Assembly: GCA_043814095.1 (NCBI GenBank)
Contig: JBDRKI010000099.1
Coordinates: 1-64,000 of the forward strand
Reading direction: 5' to 3'
Origin: Armatimonadota bacterium
GTDB taxonomy: Bacteria; Vulcanimicrobiota; JACPDS01; JBDRKI01
Length of the DNA: 64,000 nt
A program made the position numbers and the translations under genes. Positions 37,881-49,773 of this stretch are shown piece after piece. Within the stretch, counting starts at the first letter, position 1. The number at the start of each line of letters is the position of its first letter. The notes under the pieces were generated by a model. The model saw only the letters and a list, made by a program, of their open reading frames with translations. It was not told the origin of the DNA and searched no databases.

Positions 37881-38078
37881 TTACCAACCCGACCCGCCGC
37901 CAGAGCTTTTCTGTGCTTCCTTTGATTTTTTTTCAGCTTTCTTGACATCTTGTTTTGATGCCCATTTGCCGGCCGATTCACCGACCTTCTTTGCTGCGAT
38001 ATTTGCCCCTTGTATTATACCGTTTATGATTTCTACATAAGGATTGGCGGGGGGAGTTGGTATAGTAGGAGGAATAAA
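37881..38078 (-). pseudogene. Start-less 65-codon open frame, probable 5'-truncated gene remnant or small peptide
   Basis: FIPPTIPTPPANPYVEIINGIIQGANIAAKKVGESAGKWASKQDVKKAEKKSKEAQKSSGGGSGW*; preceded by an in-frame TAG and followed by a hairpin. Confidence 0.4.
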
Positions 38079-38094
38079 CTATTTAAAAAATGTT

Positions 38095-38135
38095 AAGCCC
38101 TTAACGAATATTCTGCTAATATTTATTAAGGGCTT
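38095..38135 (-). terminator. Terminator of the atp-murA-mreB-like operon
   Basis: AAGCCCTTAA...TTAAGGGCTT hairpin followed by a T-tract on the minus strand, just after the mreB-like stop. Confidence 0.7.
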
Positions 38136-38150
38136 GATTGATTTTTAAAT

Positions 38151-39131
38151 TTAATTATATGCGGCACCGTTTACGAATATGGCGTTCCCTGTTCCTATTG
38201 CCACGCATGATATCGGATCTTCCGCTATCTTAACGGGCATGCCCGTCGCTTTTGTTATTAAAATATCCAGTCCGCAGAGAAGCCCGCCGCCGCCCGTTAA
38301 AACAATGCCTTTGTCTATTATGTCGGCTGAGAGCTCGGGAGGTGTTTTTTCAAGCACGCTTTTTACCGCTTCAACCATAAGGGTAAGGGGCTCTTCCAAT
38401 GCTTCCCTTACTTCTTCTGAATTAATTGTTATTGTTTTGGGAAGCCCGTTTATAAGGTCGCGTCCCCTTATTTCCATGGTTCTGGGTGTTTCTTCCGGAT
38501 ATGCCGAACCTATTTTTATTTTAATGTCCTCGCTTGTTCTTTCGCCTATCATGAGGTTATACGTTTTCCTTATATACCTTACTATCGCTTCATCCATTTT
38601 ATTGCCGGCAACCCTTATTGATTCTCCGACAACTATGCCGCCTAAAGATATAACGGCTATGTCCGTTGTTCCGCCGCCTATATCAACGACCATATTCCCG
38701 CAGGGTTCTTCAACTTTAAGACCCGCGCCTATGGCCGCGGCCATGGGTTCTTCTATAAGGAATGCTTTCCTCGCGCCCGCGCTTAAAGCGGCTTCAAGAA
38801 CGGCTCTTTTTTCAACCGAAGTTACTTCCATGGGAACACATACGATAACTGAAGGCTTGAAGAATCTTCTTTTGCCGCAGACTTTGTTTATGAAATATTT
38901 TAACATGGCTTCGGTTACTTCATAATCGGCGATAACGCCTTCGCGGAGAGGCCTTATGGCAACGATATTCGCGGGTGTTCTGCCAAGCATCTGGCGCGCC
39001 TGCTCGCCTACCGCAAGAATTTTATTCGTGTTTTTATCTATCGCGACAACGGAAGGTTCTTTTAAAACTATACCTTTGTTATGCGCGTGCACAAGAACTG
39101 TAGCTGTTCCAAGATCAATCCCTATATTCAT
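38151..39131 (-). CDS. mreB: Rod shape-determining protein MreB/Mbl
   Basis: [33 protein letters not shown] and LTGGG motifs; position after atp-murA matches Firmicutes mbl. Confidence 0.96.
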   Translation of the reverse strand: MNIGIDLGTATVLVHAHNKGIVLKEPSVVAIDKNTNKILAVGEQARQMLGRTPANIVAIRPLREGVIADYEVTEAMLKYFINKVCGKRRFFKPSVIVCVPMEVTSVEKRAVLEAALSAGARKAFLIEEPMAAAIGAGLKVEEPCGNMVVDIGGGTTDIAVISLGGIVVGESIRVAGNKMDEAIVRYIRKTYNLMIGERTSEDIKIKIGSAYPEETPRTMEIRGRDLINGLPKTITINSEEVREALEEPLTLMVEAVKSVLEKTPPELSADIIDKGIVLTGGGGLLCGLDILITKATGMPVKIAEDPISCVAIGTGNAIFVNGAAYN

Positions 39132-39145
39132 GGTGTCCCCCTTTA

Positions 39146-40399
39146 TTACTCCGCTCTCTTTATATTTCCGCCCAAGCTTGTTATTTTATCTTCAAATTTT
39201 TCATAACCGCGCTCTATGTATTCCACGCCGAAAACTTCACTCCGGCCCTCAGCCGCAAGAGCGGCCGCGACAAGCGCGCCGCCCGCGCGCAGGTCCCCTG
39301 CTTCCACCGGCGCACCCGTTAAGGTTTTTACGCCCCTTACGACGGCTCCCCTGTTCCTTATTATTATATCGGCTCCCATTCTCCGCAGTTCGTCAACATA
39401 TCCGAACCTGCCGTTAAAGATGGTCTCCTCAACAAAGCTTACGCCTTTCGCGGTTGTAAGCATCGCAACAAGCGGAGGCTGAAGATCGGTAGGAAACCCA
39501 GGATAGGGTTCCGTGGCTATCTCTACCGCGTTATAATTCTTTAAAGCCTTTAATTGTATAGTATCACTTGTAGTTTTTGTGTCAATACCCGTTCTTTCCA
39601 GAACTTCAAGTACGGCCTTTAGATGATTCGGGTTGACTTTATTTATTAAAATATCGCCTTTTGTTTTTGCGGCGGCGAAAAGGTAAGTCCCTGCTTCTAT
39701 CCTGTCGGGTATAATTTCATATTCGGCGCCGTGAAGCCTGCTCACGCCGTCTATTATAAGTTCTTTGGTGCCTATACCTTTTATTCTGGCGCCGCACTTA
39801 TTTAAAAAATGCGCGAGGTCGTTAACTTCCGGCTCGCATGCGGCATTATCAATTAATGTTTCGCCTTTTGCCATGCACGCGGCCATCATAACATTTTTAG
39901 TCGCGCCCACGCTTGACCTGGCAAAGTAAATTTTATTTCCCGTAAGGCCCCTGGCCCTGGCATCAAGTATGCCGTGTTCAAGAGAAACTTTGGCACCGAG
40001 CTTTTCAAAGCCGTGGATATGAAGATCAACCGCCCTGCTTCCTATAACGCATCCGCCGGGGAGAGGAACTTCCGCCCTGTTAAACCTTGCAAGAAGAGGG
40101 CCTGTAATATCAAATGAGGCATGAATTTTTTTTACAAGCTCGTAAGGCGCGGGGGTTTCTGTCATGGCTGAAGAGTCAATGAAAACTTCGCCGCTTCCTT
40201 CAAAAGTTATATCGGCTCCGAGCTTTTTTAAAAGCTGGACCATAACCCTTACATCCGATATGTCGGGAACGTTGCTCAGGTAAACTTTTCCCGACACAAG
40301 AATGGAAGCCGCCATAATGGGAAGCGCGGCGTTTTTCGCGCCACTTGCGGTTATTTCTCCCCTTAAAGGAGTCCCGCCATCAATTACATACTTTGCCAC
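39146..40399 (-). CDS. murA: UDP-N-acetylglucosamine 1-carboxyvinyltransferase
   Basis: [18 protein letters not shown] (active-site Cys), [10 protein letters not shown] and DLRAG motifs. Confidence 0.98.
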   Translation of the reverse strand: MAKYVIDGGTPLRGEITASGAKNAALPIMAASILVSGKVYLSNVPDISDVRVMVQLLKKLGADITFEGSGEVFIDSSAMTETPAPYELVKKIHASFDITGPLLARFNRAEVPLPGGCVIGSRAVDLHIHGFEKLGAKVSLEHGILDARARGLTGNKIYFARSSVGATKNVMMAACMAKGETLIDNAACEPEVNDLAHFLNKCGARIKGIGTKELIIDGVSRLHGAEYEIIPDRIEAGTYLFAAAKTKGDILINKVNPNHLKAVLEVLERTGIDTKTTSDTIQLKALKNYNAVEIATEPYPGFPTDLQPPLVAMLTTAKGVSFVEETIFNGRFGYVDELRRMGADIIIRNRGAVVRGVKTLTGAPVEAGDLRAGGALVAAALAAEGRSEVFGVEYIERGYEKFEDKITSLGGNIKRAE

Positions 40400-40411
40400 A
40401 CATACTCCCGG

Positions 40412-40828
40412 TTATATATTTTTTTTAGCAAGATTAAGCTTTACTATTTCCTGTTTAAGCTGTATCTCAAGGGTATCCGTATTTAAATCGGGCTTTTCCC
40501 TTGCGGCTGAAAGCTCATGCTCTATTCTTTCTTTCTCTCTTAAAACTTCTTCATAGTCTATTTCTTCAGCTCTTTCCGCGAAATCAACAAGCAGGGTTGC
40601 TTTATTCTCCCTGACCTGGAGAAATCCGTCGCCTATCGCGAAATGCATAATCTTAAATTCGGTCCGGACAAAAAGCTCGCCGGAAATAACCATGCCCATC
40701 AAAGGGGCGTGATGTGCCAGCACGCAGATCTGCCCGTCCTCCATATAAAGGGTGATGCCGCATACGGCTCCTTTAAATTTCAGCCTCTCGGGTGTTATTA
40801 TCTCAAGCAAAAAAGTTACGTCTGCCAA
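40412..40828 (-). CDS. atpC: ATP synthase F1 epsilon
   Basis: LEIITPE, VLAHHAPL and GDGFLQV motifs; operon position. Confidence 0.95.
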   Translation of the reverse strand: MADVTFLLEIITPERLKFKGAVCGITLYMEDGQICVLAHHAPLMGMVISGELFVRTEFKIMHFAIGDGFLQVRENKATLLVDFAERAEEIDYEEVLREKERIEHELSAAREKPDLNTDTLEIQLKQEIVKLNLAKKNI

Positions 40829-40842
40829 AGGGACCCCCTTAG

Positions 40843-42285
<1,443 letters not shown>

Positions 42286-43131
42286 CTATTTTTTAAGCGC
42301 CTCAACGCCGCCCGCGACTTCAAGTATCTCGTTGGTTATGGCTTCCTGCCTGGCCCTGAAATACTGCAGTGTCAGTTCCGAGGATAATTTCTCGGCGTTA
42401 TCGGTCGCGTTGGTCATAGCGTGCAGTCTGGCCACAAGCTCTGTTGTTTTAGCTTCCAGCAGAATGCTGTATACGGTAACTTCAAGATATCTTTTTAAAA
42501 GAACATCCAGGGTTGATGTCTTATCGGGTTCAAAAATATAGTCTATTGACGCGGCAGCTGTTTTCTCCGTCTTAATGGGAAGTACTTTTTCAACTACCGG
42601 AGCGTGCGATAAAGAAGTTATGCTTTTTACGTAAAAACAGTTTACTTCATCAATTTCTTTTGAGATAAATTTTACGGCGATCTCAGCGGCGAGCTGTTTC
42701 GCGAAAGAGTAGCTGGGGGCCCATCCCAGGTACTGATCTATAAGATTAAAATTCCTATGGCCGAAATATTTATAGGCCTTGATGCCCAGAGCTATGGTCT
42801 CAAAAGAGATCTGCTGTTCTTTTATCCCGGCCTGGGCAAATTTAATAATGCTGTGATTATATGAGCCGCAGAGGCCCTTATCGGCTGTTATTACTATATT
42901 GAGAGCCTTCACGGGGTCTCTATATTCCATAAGAGGGTTAACGGCCTCTGATGTCTGATTAACAAGCTCTATGGTCATCTCCCTGATTTTATAGGAATAG
43001 GGTTTCGAAGACTTGTTTATCAGTTCAACTTTTTTTATGCGTGAAGCCGCAATCATCTTCATCGCCCTTGTAATCTGCGAGATGTTGTTCACGCTTTTTA
43101 TTTTTTGCTTAAGATCTCTTACGCCTGCCAC
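42286..43131 (-). CDS. atpG: ATP synthase F1 gamma
   Basis: ITRAMKMIA, DKGLCGSYN and ARQEAITNEILE motifs. Confidence 0.98.
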   Translation of the reverse strand: MAGVRDLKQKIKSVNNISQITRAMKMIAASRIKKVELINKSSKPYSYKIREMTIELVNQTSEAVNPLMEYRDPVKALNIVITADKGLCGSYNHSIIKFAQAGIKEQQISFETIALGIKAYKYFGHRNFNLIDQYLGWAPSYSFAKQLAAEIAVKFISKEIDEVNCFYVKSITSLSHAPVVEKVLPIKTEKTAAASIDYIFEPDKTSTLDVLLKRYLEVTVYSILLEAKTTELVARLHAMTNATDNAEKLSSELTLQYFRARQEAITNEILEVAGGVEALKK

Positions 43132-43140
43132 AGCTTCTCC

Positions 43141-44658
43141 TTAATTAATTTCGGAAGAAATGCTTTCTTTAAACGACATGAAGGAGTCGTGTATAAGCTT
43201 CACTATCTCGTCATCAACCGCTTTTCTCTGCTTTATATATTCAAGCAACTGGGGATACTTGTCTTTTATAAATTTAATATAGCGTCCTTCATACTTTTCA
43301 ATATTTTTAATCTGCACTTCTCTTAAATATCCGTTTACCGCAAGATATATAAGGACAATCTGGCTTGCCACATCAACGGGAACAAACTGCTTCTGTTTCA
43401 AAACCTGTGTTATTCTTGCGCCTCTTTCAAGCTGTTCCTGGGACGTTTTATCAAGCTCATCCGATGAAAACTTGGTAAAGGCGGCCAGCTCCCTGTACTG
43501 CGCGAGATCAAGACGCAGCGGTCCGGCAACCTGCTTCATTCCCTTTATCTGCGCGGCGCCTCCGACCCTTGATACGGAAAGCCCGACATCAACCGCGGGT
43601 CTTATGCCCTGGTAGAAAAGGTCGGTATCAAGGTATATCTGGCCGTCGGTAATTGATATAAGGTTGGTGGGGATATATGCCGAGACATCCCCTAACTGCG
43701 TTTCAATAATGGGGAGAGCGGTTATAGAGCCGCCGCCCAGATCTTCGCTGAGCTTGGCCGATCTTTCAAGCAGTCTTGAATGAAGGTAAAACACGTCCCC
43801 GGGATAAGCTTCCCTTCCTGGAGGCCTTCTTAAAAGAAGCGATATCTCCCTGTAAGCTTTCGCGTGTTTTGTAAGATCATCATAAATAATAAGGACATCT
43901 TTGCCCTGATACATAAAATGCTCCGCCATGGCGCATCCCGCGTAAGGAGCTATATAGAGCATTGACGGGGGCTCATTGGCGTTAGCGGTTATAATTATGG
44001 TGTAATCCATGCATCCGTATTTAGTTAAGGTATCAACTATGGAGGCGACATTGTTCGTTTTCTGGCCTATAGCCACATAAATGCAGATTACGTTTTCTTC
44101 CTTCTGATTTATAATCGCGTCTATCGCTATCGCGGTTTTTCCCGTCTGCCTGTCGCCTATGATAAGCTCTCTCTGGCCCCTTCCTATGGGCACAAGAGCG
44201 TCTATGCATTTTAATCCTGTCTGCAGAGGCGTATCCACCGGCTGGCGCTGTATAACTTTAGGAGCCGGAAATTCTATCGGTCTGTAAGTTTCCGGCTTTA
44301 TCTCGCCTTTTTCGTCCACGGGCTGGCCCAGCGCGTTTAAGACGCGCCCTTTATAGGCGTCTCCGACGCCTACCTGCACGATACGCCCGGTGCCCTTTAC
44401 GGGATCCCCTTCTTTAATATGCCTGTCATCACCGAGGATAACACAGCCTATGCTGTCTTCCGCCAGGTTAAAAACTATGCCGTAAACTCCACCGGGAAAT
44501 TCAAGCAGCTCCCCTGCTTTCGCGTCGCTGAGGCCGTATACCGTAGCGATATTATCACCTACCTGCATGCAGGTACCGTACTTTATCTCTTCAATTATCG
44601 GCCTGTAGTTTTCTATCTCTTTTTTTATTATAGTGCTTATTTCTTCGGGTCTTATCAT
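43141..44658 (-). CDS. atpA: ATP synthase F1 alpha
   Basis: GDRQTGKT and [23 protein letters not shown] motifs. Confidence 0.99.
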   Translation of the reverse strand: MIRPEEISTIIKKEIENYRPIIEEIKYGTCMQVGDNIATVYGLSDAKAGELLEFPGGVYGIVFNLAEDSIGCVILGDDRHIKEGDPVKGTGRIVQVGVGDAYKGRVLNALGQPVDEKGEIKPETYRPIEFPAPKVIQRQPVDTPLQTGLKCIDALVPIGRGQRELIIGDRQTGKTAIAIDAIINQKEENVICIYVAIGQKTNNVASIVDTLTKYGCMDYTIIITANANEPPSMLYIAPYAGCAMAEHFMYQGKDVLIIYDDLTKHAKAYREISLLLRRPPGREAYPGDVFYLHSRLLERSAKLSEDLGGGSITALPIIETQLGDVSAYIPTNLISITDGQIYLDTDLFYQGIRPAVDVGLSVSRVGGAAQIKGMKQVAGPLRLDLAQYRELAAFTKFSSDELDKTSQEQLERGARITQVLKQKQFVPVDVASQIVLIYLAVNGYLREVQIKNIEKYEGRYIKFIKDKYPQLLEYIKQRKAVDDEIVKLIHDSFMSFKESISSEIN

Positions 44659-44676
44659 GACGACACCTCATATTAT

Positions 44677-45225
44677 TTAATTTACGGCTGTTGCTTTTTC
44701 CCTAAACTGTTCAAGGTAGTTTCTTAAGCTTCCGTCTATAACCACGTCCCCGGCCTTTACGACAATACCGCCTATTAACTCCGGCAGTATGACTTCTTCA
44801 ACCTCTATTTTTCCGGGTTTTGTTCCGGAAGTTTTATACAGGGATGTTATGATGTTTTTCTTCTGCTCATCCGTTAATTTATAGGGGGTGTAGGCCTGCA
44901 CTTTTAAAACCTTGTTGTAATCATCAATAATAGACGAATATTCCTTTACAATCACGGGGAGAGTTTTTTCCCTTCTCTTTTTTACCAGCACGTGCAGGAA
45001 ATTCACAATATCCTGATCCGTGTCTTTAAAAATCTGGGATATTATATTATTCTTTACCTGTTTTGATATAACCGCGCAGTTAAAAACCCCCCTTAATTCC
45101 ATGTTTTTGGAAAACACGTCATTAACATCTGTAAGGATTTTTTTGTATTCTTCTATTTTATTTTTCTCCAAAGCCATCAAAAAAAGCGCTTCGGCATAAA
45201 CTTTGGCAATAGTAATATCAACCAT
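44677..45225 (-). CDS. atpH: ATP synthase F1 delta
   Basis: AKVYAEALF and LIGGIVVKAGDVVIDGSL motifs. Confidence 0.95.
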   Translation of the reverse strand: MVDITIAKVYAEALFLMALEKNKIEEYKKILTDVNDVFSKNMELRGVFNCAVISKQVKNNIISQIFKDTDQDIVNFLHVLVKKRREKTLPVIVKEYSSIIDDYNKVLKVQAYTPYKLTDEQKKNIITSLYKTSGTKPGKIEVEEVILPELIGGIVVKAGDVVIDGSLRNYLEQFREKATAVN

Positions 45226-45720
45226 TTATCTTGCGACTCTCCTTGTAAATTCATCTATTATCGCGCACTGGGTCTTTTCGTTCATTGATTCTTTAAGTAT
45301 CTTTGTCGCGACTTCAACCGCAGCCGATGCAATCTGGGCTTTAAGCTCGTCCTGCGCCCTTTTTCTTTCTCTTTCTATCTCGGCAAAAGCTCTTTCGTTG
45401 ATGCGCCTTACATCTTCCCTTCCGGATTCCACAATCTCGGTCTTTTCTTTCTGGGCTTCATTTACGGCATCCTGAAGAACTTTCGCCGCTTCGGTTTTTG
45501 CCCCGGCCATCTTGGACTCATACTCTTCCTTAAGCTTAATTGCCTGCGCATTAATGCTGTCGGCTTCATCCAGAGTATCCCTTACCTGTTTCTCTCTTTG
45601 TGATATTGCCGCTTTCAGCGGCTTGTAGAGAAAAGCGTTTAAGAAGAAAAGCAGGATAAAAAAATTAATAATCTGGATAATAATAGTCGGATAACTAAAT
45701 TCTAAAAGAGTTCCCTGCAT
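45226..45720 (-). CDS. atpF: ATP synthase F0 b
   Basis: QIINFFIL...LYKPL TM segment plus coiled coil; ATG at 45720 after GAGGG. Confidence 0.95.
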   Translation of the reverse strand: MQGTLLEFSYPTIIIQIINFFILLFFLNAFLYKPLKAAISQREKQVRDTLDEADSINAQAIKLKEEYESKMAGAKTEAAKVLQDAVNEAQKEKTEIVESGREDVRRINERAFAEIERERKRAQDELKAQIASAAVEVATKILKESMNEKTQCAIIDEFTRRVAR

Positions 45721-45802
45721 GTGATTACCCCTCAAACCGGCAAATAACAGAAAACGGACACCCCTTCTGCAGGAACGCCGTATCTTCTGCTAAAGCCGTT
45801 TA

Positions 45803-46036
45803 TTACTTTCCCACTATCCATAAAAGGATTGAGATAAGAAGCGCGTAAAGACAGAGTGATTCAATAAAAGCAAGACCGATAAGCAGGGCGGTCTGAATCT
45901 TTCCCGATGCTTCGGGATTTCTGCCGATTGCTTCCATCGCTTTGCCGATTGCATTGCCCTGCGCAAGCGCCGCGCCGAACGCGCCGAACGCTATTGCCAG
46001 CGCTGCTCCTATTAACGCAAAAAATGCTTTTTCCAT
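45803..46036 (-). CDS. atpE: ATP synthase F0 c
   Basis: Helical hairpin with RNPE loop and LAFIESLCLY carboxylate. Confidence 0.97.
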   Translation of the reverse strand: MEKAFFALIGAALAIAFGAFGAALAQGNAIGKAMEAIGRNPEASGKIQTALLIGLAFIESLCLYALLISILLWIVGK

Positions 46037-46091
46037 GTTTTCTCCTCCTAATTTATTTTTTATTAAAAAACCCGCTCTTGCGGGATAAATC

Positions 46092-47003
46092 CTAATGATC
46101 CTCAGTTACTATATGGGCTATGTATGAAAGCGAAAGAACCATAAATATCATTGCCTGTATAAATCCGGTAAGGCCACCTATAACGGTTACAAAGGCCGAA
46201 TTAAACCACACAAGAATTTTCGTTGTTCCGGTAATAAAATTAAGCTGGCCGGCCATAACAACGAGCCCCAGGAATACAGAGAGCGCAAGATGCTCGCCCA
46301 TGACATTTCCCATAAGACGGATGCTCAGAGATAAAACCCTTGCCAGTTCTTCGATAATGTTCAACACAAAGAAAAGAACCAGCAGAAACGGGCACAGTAT
46401 GTATTTAATCGCACCGTCCATGCTGGACCATATAACCGGTACCGGATAAAAATAATGGGCGAACCATCTCCAGAAGCCTATCAGATATTTTTTCGGGCCC
46501 TTTAAATTTTCCTCTGTCTTAACTTTTTTAAGGGCATTAGCCATGCCGTAATAAGTAAACCCGAGAAACGAAACCAGCGCATAAGCAACTGTGGTATTAA
46601 TATCTCTTGAGGGCGGTATGAAGGTCGGAATCATTGCTATCCAGTTGGCACATAAGATAAAAAGAAATATCGTCATGGCAAATGGGATATAGTTTTTGCC
46701 CTTGGGGCCCATCATGCTCTGCGCAAAGCCGCCCACCCAGTTATAGATAATCTCAAACATACACTGAAAGGGGCGGGGTATAATTCTTGACCTTCTGCCG
46801 GCAATAAATCCTATAATTATAAGCAGGAGTATTATTCCCCATGAATACACCAGTGTGTCAAGATGAACTTTATACCCAAAAAGATAGGCATTACAGAATC
46901 CCATGGCATGCTCGCCTATAGAACCGCCGTGAGAAGCCGCCGCCTGCGCGCCTTGATGCGCGCCTTCCGTGGCTACAGTTGCTGTTGAAACACCGTGCGC
47001 CAT
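46092..47003 (-). CDS. atpB: ATP synthase F0 a
   Basis: SLSIRLMGN (essential Arg) and IQAMIFMVLS motifs. Confidence 0.95.
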   Translation of the reverse strand: MAHGVSTATVATEGAHQGAQAAASHGGSIGEHAMGFCNAYLFGYKVHLDTLVYSWGIILLLIIIGFIAGRRSRIIPRPFQCMFEIIYNWVGGFAQSMMGPKGKNYIPFAMTIFLFILCANWIAMIPTFIPPSRDINTTVAYALVSFLGFTYYGMANALKKVKTEENLKGPKKYLIGFWRWFAHYFYPVPVIWSSMDGAIKYILCPFLLVLFFVLNIIEELARVLSLSIRLMGNVMGEHLALSVFLGLVVMAGQLNFITGTTKILVWFNSAFVTVIGGLTGFIQAMIFMVLSLSYIAHIVTEDH

Positions 47004-47066
47004 ATTTTAATCCCTCTTTATAGTTAAAAATTTCACAATCACTGACATAAAAATAAAAGCTGTCCG

Positions 47067-47351
47067 TCAGGCCAAACTCTTACTTTTATAAATTCTGTAT
47101 TTAATATATACCTGCATCAGGAACCATCCTGAAATTATACACCAGATATTTAATTTTACATAAATAACAAAAAATATCAAGACCAGGACCTCAATTATAA
47201 GTTTCACCCCGAGCATAGCGGACCAAAAAACTCTTTTATTACAGTATTTTTTGAAAACAAGGTCCAGTATTTTTTTTAAGCTTATAAAACTTAAATATGA
47301 TATTAAAACACCTAATATGAAACTTATAATATATATTAATACCTTTTCCAT
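47067..47351 (-). CDS. atpI: ATP synthase protein I-like small membrane protein
   Basis: Small multi-TM ORF directly upstream of atpB. Confidence 0.6.
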   Translation of the reverse strand: MEKVLIYIISFILGVLISYLSFISLKKILDLVFKKYCNKRVFWSAMLGVKLIIEVLVLIFFVIYVKLNIWCIISGWFLMQVYIKYRIYKSKSLA

Positions 47352-47356
47352 CGTAA

Positions 47357-47638
47357 TTAACTTTTCAGGAACGGCTTTATTAATTTAAATGCCGCATACG
47401 CGCCTATAAGTATTCCCATGATAACAAAAAGAGGAAAATAAAGATCGTTCCCTGTTTTGTCCGAGATATAGTTGCCTGCCAGTATTCCGAATACTATGCA
47501 AATGACCATCGTAAAACCCAGCGACATACCCAGGTTAAGACTGCTGGCAAATGCTTTGTTGTACTTTTTGTCTTCCGGCCCTCTTGCCTCTTCAATTTTT
47601 TCTTTCAGGAGTTCCGGCGTTATTTTTTCTTTGTTCAT
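47357..47638 (-). CDS. AtpZ/AtpI family protein
   Basis: Two-TM protein with G-x-x-x-G-x-Y-I-S-D pattern at the head of the atp operon. Confidence 0.75.
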   Translation of the reverse strand: MNKEKITPELLKEKIEEARGPEDKKYNKAFASSLNLGMSLGFTMVICIVFGILAGNYISDKTGNDLYFPLFVIMGILIGAYAAFKLIKPFLKS

Positions 47639-48777
47639 TCTTTATACTCTTTCACTTTCTTTTTCGTTTCTCCGAAATAATTTAAAATTATGCCCGTTAT
47701 TCTTTCGGCGGCGCGCCCGTCACCGTAGGGATTCATTGTCTTTGACATTTTTAAATACACTTTTTTATTCGTTAAAAGCTTATTCGCCAAACTAAAAATC
47801 TTATCGGTATCCGTCCCCGCCAGAACGGCAACCCCTTTTTTTATTCCTTCCGGGCGCTCGGTTGTTTTTCTTAAAACAAGAACCGGTTTTCCTAAAGAGG
47901 GGGCTTCTTCCTGTATCCCGCCGGAATCGGTCAGTATAATATACGAGGCATTAAGGTATTTAACAAGCTCCGGATACGGGAGCGGTTCTAAAAGATTAAC
48001 CCTGTCAATTCCCTTAAGCACGGAATACACCGTTTCCCTGACTTTGGGATTTTTATGCACGCTGAAAACAATCTCAACGTCTTTAAATTTTTCTACTATC
48101 TTTTTAAGCCCCGTACACATATCGTGCATTGGAGAACCCAGGTTTTCCCTCCTGTGGGCTTCTACAAAAATTATCTTTCTTTTTTTGCTTTTTATTCTGT
48201 CAATAAGATCTATATGTTTTCTCTTTTCCTTTTTCAATACATAGTAAAGCGCGTCTATAACCGTATTGCCCGTTATGTATATATTGTCTTTTATCCCGCA
48301 CTTTACAAGATTATTGTATGCCCATTTTGTGGGCGCAAAATGAAGCCGGGAAACAACAGATACAAATCTCCTGTTGACTTCTTCGGGATAGGGATTATGT
48401 ATGTCATCTGTGCGCAGACCCGCTTCAATATGCCCTACCGGTATTTTATGGTAAAATGCGGCAAGCGCGGATGCAAAAGCGCTTGTCGTATCTCCCTGCA
48501 CAAGCACGATATCGGGGGAAAATTTATCTAAAATTTTTCCCATGCCGGTAAGAGCTCTTGAAGTTATGTCAAAAAGCGTCTGGTTTTTCTGCATTATGTT
48601 AAGATCCGCATCCGGTTTTAAATTAAACAAAGATAAAACCTGATCCAGCATATGCCTGTGCTGGGCGGTAACGACTATTTTTGAATCTATTTTTTTATTC
48701 TTTGAAAACTCAAGCAAAACCGGAGCCATCTTTATGGCTTCAGGCCTTGTGCCGAAAACAGTCATGACTTTTATCAT
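47635..48777 (-). CDS. wecB: UDP-N-acetylglucosamine 2-epimerase (non-hydrolysing)
   Basis: FGTRPEAIKMAP, QGDTT, HIEAGLRT, HRREN and DSGGIQEEAP motifs. Confidence 0.97.
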   Translation of the reverse strand: MIKVMTVFGTRPEAIKMAPVLLEFSKNKKIDSKIVVTAQHRHMLDQVLSLFNLKPDADLNIMQKNQTLFDITSRALTGMGKILDKFSPDIVLVQGDTTSAFASALAAFYHKIPVGHIEAGLRTDDIHNPYPEEVNRRFVSVVSRLHFAPTKWAYNNLVKCGIKDNIYITGNTVIDALYYVLKKEKRKHIDLIDRIKSKKRKIIFVEAHRRENLGSPMHDMCTGLKKIVEKFKDVEIVFSVHKNPKVRETVYSVLKGIDRVNLLEPLPYPELVKYLNASYIILTDSGGIQEEAPSLGKPVLVLRKTTERPEGIKKGVAVLAGTDTDKIFSLANKLLTNKKVYLKMSKTMNPYGDGRAAERITGIILNYFGETKKKVKEYKE

Positions 48778-48786
48778 ATCATCCTC

Positions 48787-49773
48787 TTAGGTAAATACTA
48801 TATATAAACCAAACAGACATAACAGTGCGTTAATTATATATATGGTTAAAACCACCTTCTTGTGCGAAAGCCCCATGTTTAATAATTTATGATGCAGGTG
48901 TTCTTTGTCCGCTTTAAATATTGACTGCCCCTTAAACATTCTCCTGGTAACCGCATAGGTTGTGTCAAAAATAGGTATCCCCATAATAATTATGGGGATA
49001 ATAAAGACCATTGTGGCAGCCACCTTAAAAGCCCCCATTATTGACAATGACGAAAACACCATCCCTATGAAAAGGCTCCCCCCGTCGCCTAAAAATATTT
49101 TAGCAGGATAAAAATTATATTTTAAAAATCCCAGGGCCGAACCGGCAAGGGCAAGCATAAGAACTGTTACGGCCATCTGTCCCTTGGACGCGGTAATTAC
49201 GGCGAAAGCAACCGCGGATATCGCCGTTACGCCGCAAAGAAGGCCGTCCAGACCGTCAAGAAAATTAAGGGCGTTTGTCAGCCCCACAATCCAGATCAGT
49301 GTTAAAACCAGGCTTATGCCTTTATTAAGGTACAAGATTTTAACTTGCGGCAGGGATATAAAATCTATTGAGAACCCGAAATAATAAAGCGCGCAGGCTA
49401 TGCATATCTGGAAAAGAAGTTTTATTTTCGCCGATAGATTTTTTTTATCGTCAATTAATCCTATTATAAGTATTGTCGTGCCGCATATAAATAAACCTAT
49501 AAGCTTGTTTACGGTGCCGGCAACGTTTCCTACGGAAAAACTTCCATGAGAATGAAACATAATAAACGCTATGAGAAGAAGAACCGTTAAAAAGAATCCC
49601 AGGTATACGGCCACCCCTCCCCCGAGAGGAATGGGTTTTTTATGCACTTTCCTTGCCGCCGGAGCGTCCAGCAGTTTGTGTTTTTCAGCCGCTTTTTTTA
49701 CTGCCGGAGTAACCAGAACGGTTATTATTAAACTTCCAAGAAACGCGGCTATAAATAAAAAATTGTAGTTCAA
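48787..49773 (-). CDS. Undecaprenyl-phosphate alpha-GlcNAc-1-phosphate transferase (WecA/TagO)
   Basis: RKVH..PIPLGGG, GLIDD, NALNFLDGLDGL, IFLGDGG and HLHH motifs. Confidence 0.93.
   Translation of the reverse strand: MNYNFLFIAAFLGSLIITVLVTPAVKKAAEKHKLLDAPAARKVHKKPIPLGGGVAVYLGFFLTVLLLIAFIMFHSHGSFSVGNVAGTVNKLIGLFICGTTILIIGLIDDKKNLSAKIKLLFQICIACALYYFGFSIDFISLPQVKILYLNKGISLVLTLIWIVGLTNALNFLDGLDGLLCGVTAISAVAFAVITASKGQMAVTVLMLALAGSALGFLKYNFYPAKIFLGDGGSLFIGMVFSSLSIMGAFKVAATMVFIIPIIIMGIPIFDTTYAVTRRMFKGQSIFKADKEHLHHKLLNMGLSHKKVVLTIYIINALLCLFGLYIVFT

Noticed and set aside
36419-38043. 13-bp inverted repeat TCCTTATGTAGAA (36419-36431 / 38031-38043) bracketing the CAAX islet
   Set aside because: There is no transposase or target-site duplication, one copy lies inside an open frame, and the length is compatible with chance in AT-rich DNA.
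38067-38104. Plus-strand AGGAGG followed by ATG
   Set aside because: The spacing is about 17 nt and the ORF is only 4 codons; AGGAGG is the complement of Pro codons in the minus-strand frame.
45737-45800. Imperfect stem-loop between atpE and atpF
   Set aside because: Structured atpE-atpF spacers are common mRNA-stability features; there is no evidence for a distinct ncRNA.
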